Shown here: piece after piece, positions 63,027 through 64,000 of the stretch
Layout: the number at the start of each line of letters is the position of its first letter
Numbering within the stretch: position 1 is the stretch's first letter
Source: an uncultured Acidimicrobiaceae bacterium
GTDB lineage: Bacteria > Actinomycetota > Acidimicrobiia > Acidimicrobiales > RAAP-2
DNA length: 64,000 bases
Direction: 5' to 3'
Assembly: GCA_963738135.1 (NCBI GenBank)
Contig: CAVTVK010000001.1
Coordinates: forward strand, 314,189-378,188
Notes under the pieces: model-generated
Seen by the model: the letters and a program-made list of their open reading frames with translations, nothing else
What the model was told of the DNA's origin: nothing
The model's database searches: none
Position numbers and translations under genes: made by a program

Positions 63027-63692
63027 ATGGGACCGAGAACGACTGTGAACACGCAGCCCGAGGGCGGTGCGCCCGCGGGGCGTGGCGAAGGCAACCAGGG
63101 TGAGGGCTCGGCGACCCGCCGCCGGATCCTGCAGATCGCCTTGACCCTCATGTCCCAGCGGGGGGTCGACGGGACGAGCATGCGTGACCTGGCCTCCGCG
63201 GCCGGCCTCAACGTCGCCTCGCTCTACCACTACTTCCCGAGCAAGCGGGACCTTCTCGAGTCCGTCCTGATCGAACAGGGTTTCCTCCCCATCCGTCCGG
63301 TGCACGTGGAGAGCGAGAGCGGCGTGCGCGACACCGAGCCGCTGACGCTCGCGCAGCTCCTGGCCGAGATCATGACGTCCATGTTCGAGGTGGAGGACTT
63401 CGTCCGCCTCATGGTGGGCGAGGCGATGCGCGGCGAGGCGACCGCCCGCGCCGTCGGGCTCGACCTCTTCGCCTCCTTCGAGACGAGCATCGAAGACTGG
63501 GTCAAGACCAACCGTCCCGACCTCGACGAGGGACCGGGGGCCGCCGCAGTGGCCCGGCTCCTCAGCGCCATGGTGGTCGGGATCTTCATTCAACACGCCG
63601 CCGATGTGCTCGGTGAGGAGGGGGATGACCTCGCCGCCCTTTCCCTCGGCCGGGCCCGCGAGGCGGCCTCCATCCTCCGGCCGCCCGACTGA
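63027..63692 (+). CDS. TetR/AcrR-family transcriptional regulator
   Basis: TRRRILQIALTLMSQRGVDGTSMRDLASAAGLNVASLYHYFPSKRDLL. Confidence 0.85.
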   Translation: MGPRTTVNTQPEGGAPAGRGEGNQGEGSATRRRILQIALTLMSQRGVDGTSMRDLASAAGLNVASLYHYFPSKRDLLESVLIEQGFLPIRPVHVESESGVRDTEPLTLAQLLAEIMTSMFEVEDFVRLMVGEAMRGEATARAVGLDLFASFETSIEDWVKTNRPDLDEGPGAAAVARLLSAMVVGIFIQHAADVLGEEGDDLAALSLGRAREAASILRPPD

Positions 63693-63744
63693 GGCGAGCG
63701 CGCGGCAGTTGCCCGCGCCGGCCGCCGCGGCGCACACTGGCGCC

Positions 63745-64000
63745 GTGCCCAACGCCACCCCCACCACCACGCCGACCGCGGTCGCCTCCGCCACCTTCAC
63801 GGTGCCGGCCCAGACCGTCTGGGCCTACCGCCTCGACTTCGCCAACCTGCCGGACTACAACCCCGACGTGAGCGGTGTGGTCCGCGTCGCCGACGGCAGC
63901 GGCGACGACGCCGGGGGCGTGCACGGGCCCGGCGCGCGCTACACCTTCGCCTTGACCGACCCGCGCCGGCCCGGCATGCCCCAGCCCATTGAGCTGTGGA
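63745..64000 (+). CDS. SRPBCC-superfamily protein, 5' part (runs off the window)
   Basis: GTG 63745 gives VPNATPTTTPTAVASATFTVPAQTVWAYRLDFANLPDYNPDVSGV... Open to the window end with good GC3 bias. Confidence 0.5.
   Translation, partial: MPNATPTTTPTAVASATFTVPAQTVWAYRLDFANLPDYNPDVSGVVRVADGSGDDAGGVHGPGARYTFALTDPRRPGMPQPIELW

Overview
This is a high-GC, Actinomycetota-type chromosomal segment with strong third-codon-position GC bias, densely coding on both strands. I count about 60 protein genes, 2 tRNAs and 4 insertion sequences. I saw no rRNA and no CRISPR array. The window splits into three zones. (1) 0-4.4 kb holds an MFS efflux pump, a frameshifted LOG-family gene, a DUF5990-like gene, an FkbM methyltransferase and an SRPBCC protein. 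(2) 4.4-18.6 kb is a compositionally patchy accessory mosaic. It carries three different IS110-family elements, a decayed IS481 element, an integrase fragment and small stress/detox genes (GNAT, VOC, SRPBCC, an ArsR-AHSA1 pair). It also carries a stand-alone KdpD-N/USP protein and a frameshifted secreted phosphoesterase. It ends 33 bp from the 3' end of tRNA-Arg(TCT), which is divergent from tRNA-His(GTG). (3) 19-64 kb starts with an SDR/ADH pair. Next comes a minus-strand operon of three (possibly four) secreted proteins that share a TasA/SipW-type N-terminal module. That operon sits behind a 644-bp AT-rich leader with phased direct repeats and is my best candidate for an undescribed system. 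After it come a sugar kinase and 2-hydroxyacid dehydrogenase, then an S51 peptidase with two tandem CelD-like GNAT proteins, then an amidohydrolase/D-aminoacylase/ALDH/LLM cluster. The rest is a long acyl-CoA catabolic region of lipid or steroid-side-chain type. It has six acyl-CoA dehydrogenase genes (one a fused two-module form), DUF35-thiolase, acyl-CoA synthetase, crotonase, a family III CoA-transferase, P450-ferredoxin and a divergent TetR. All calls come from reading the sequence and the ORF track. Family names come from motif recognition, not database searches, and start codons are best guesses.
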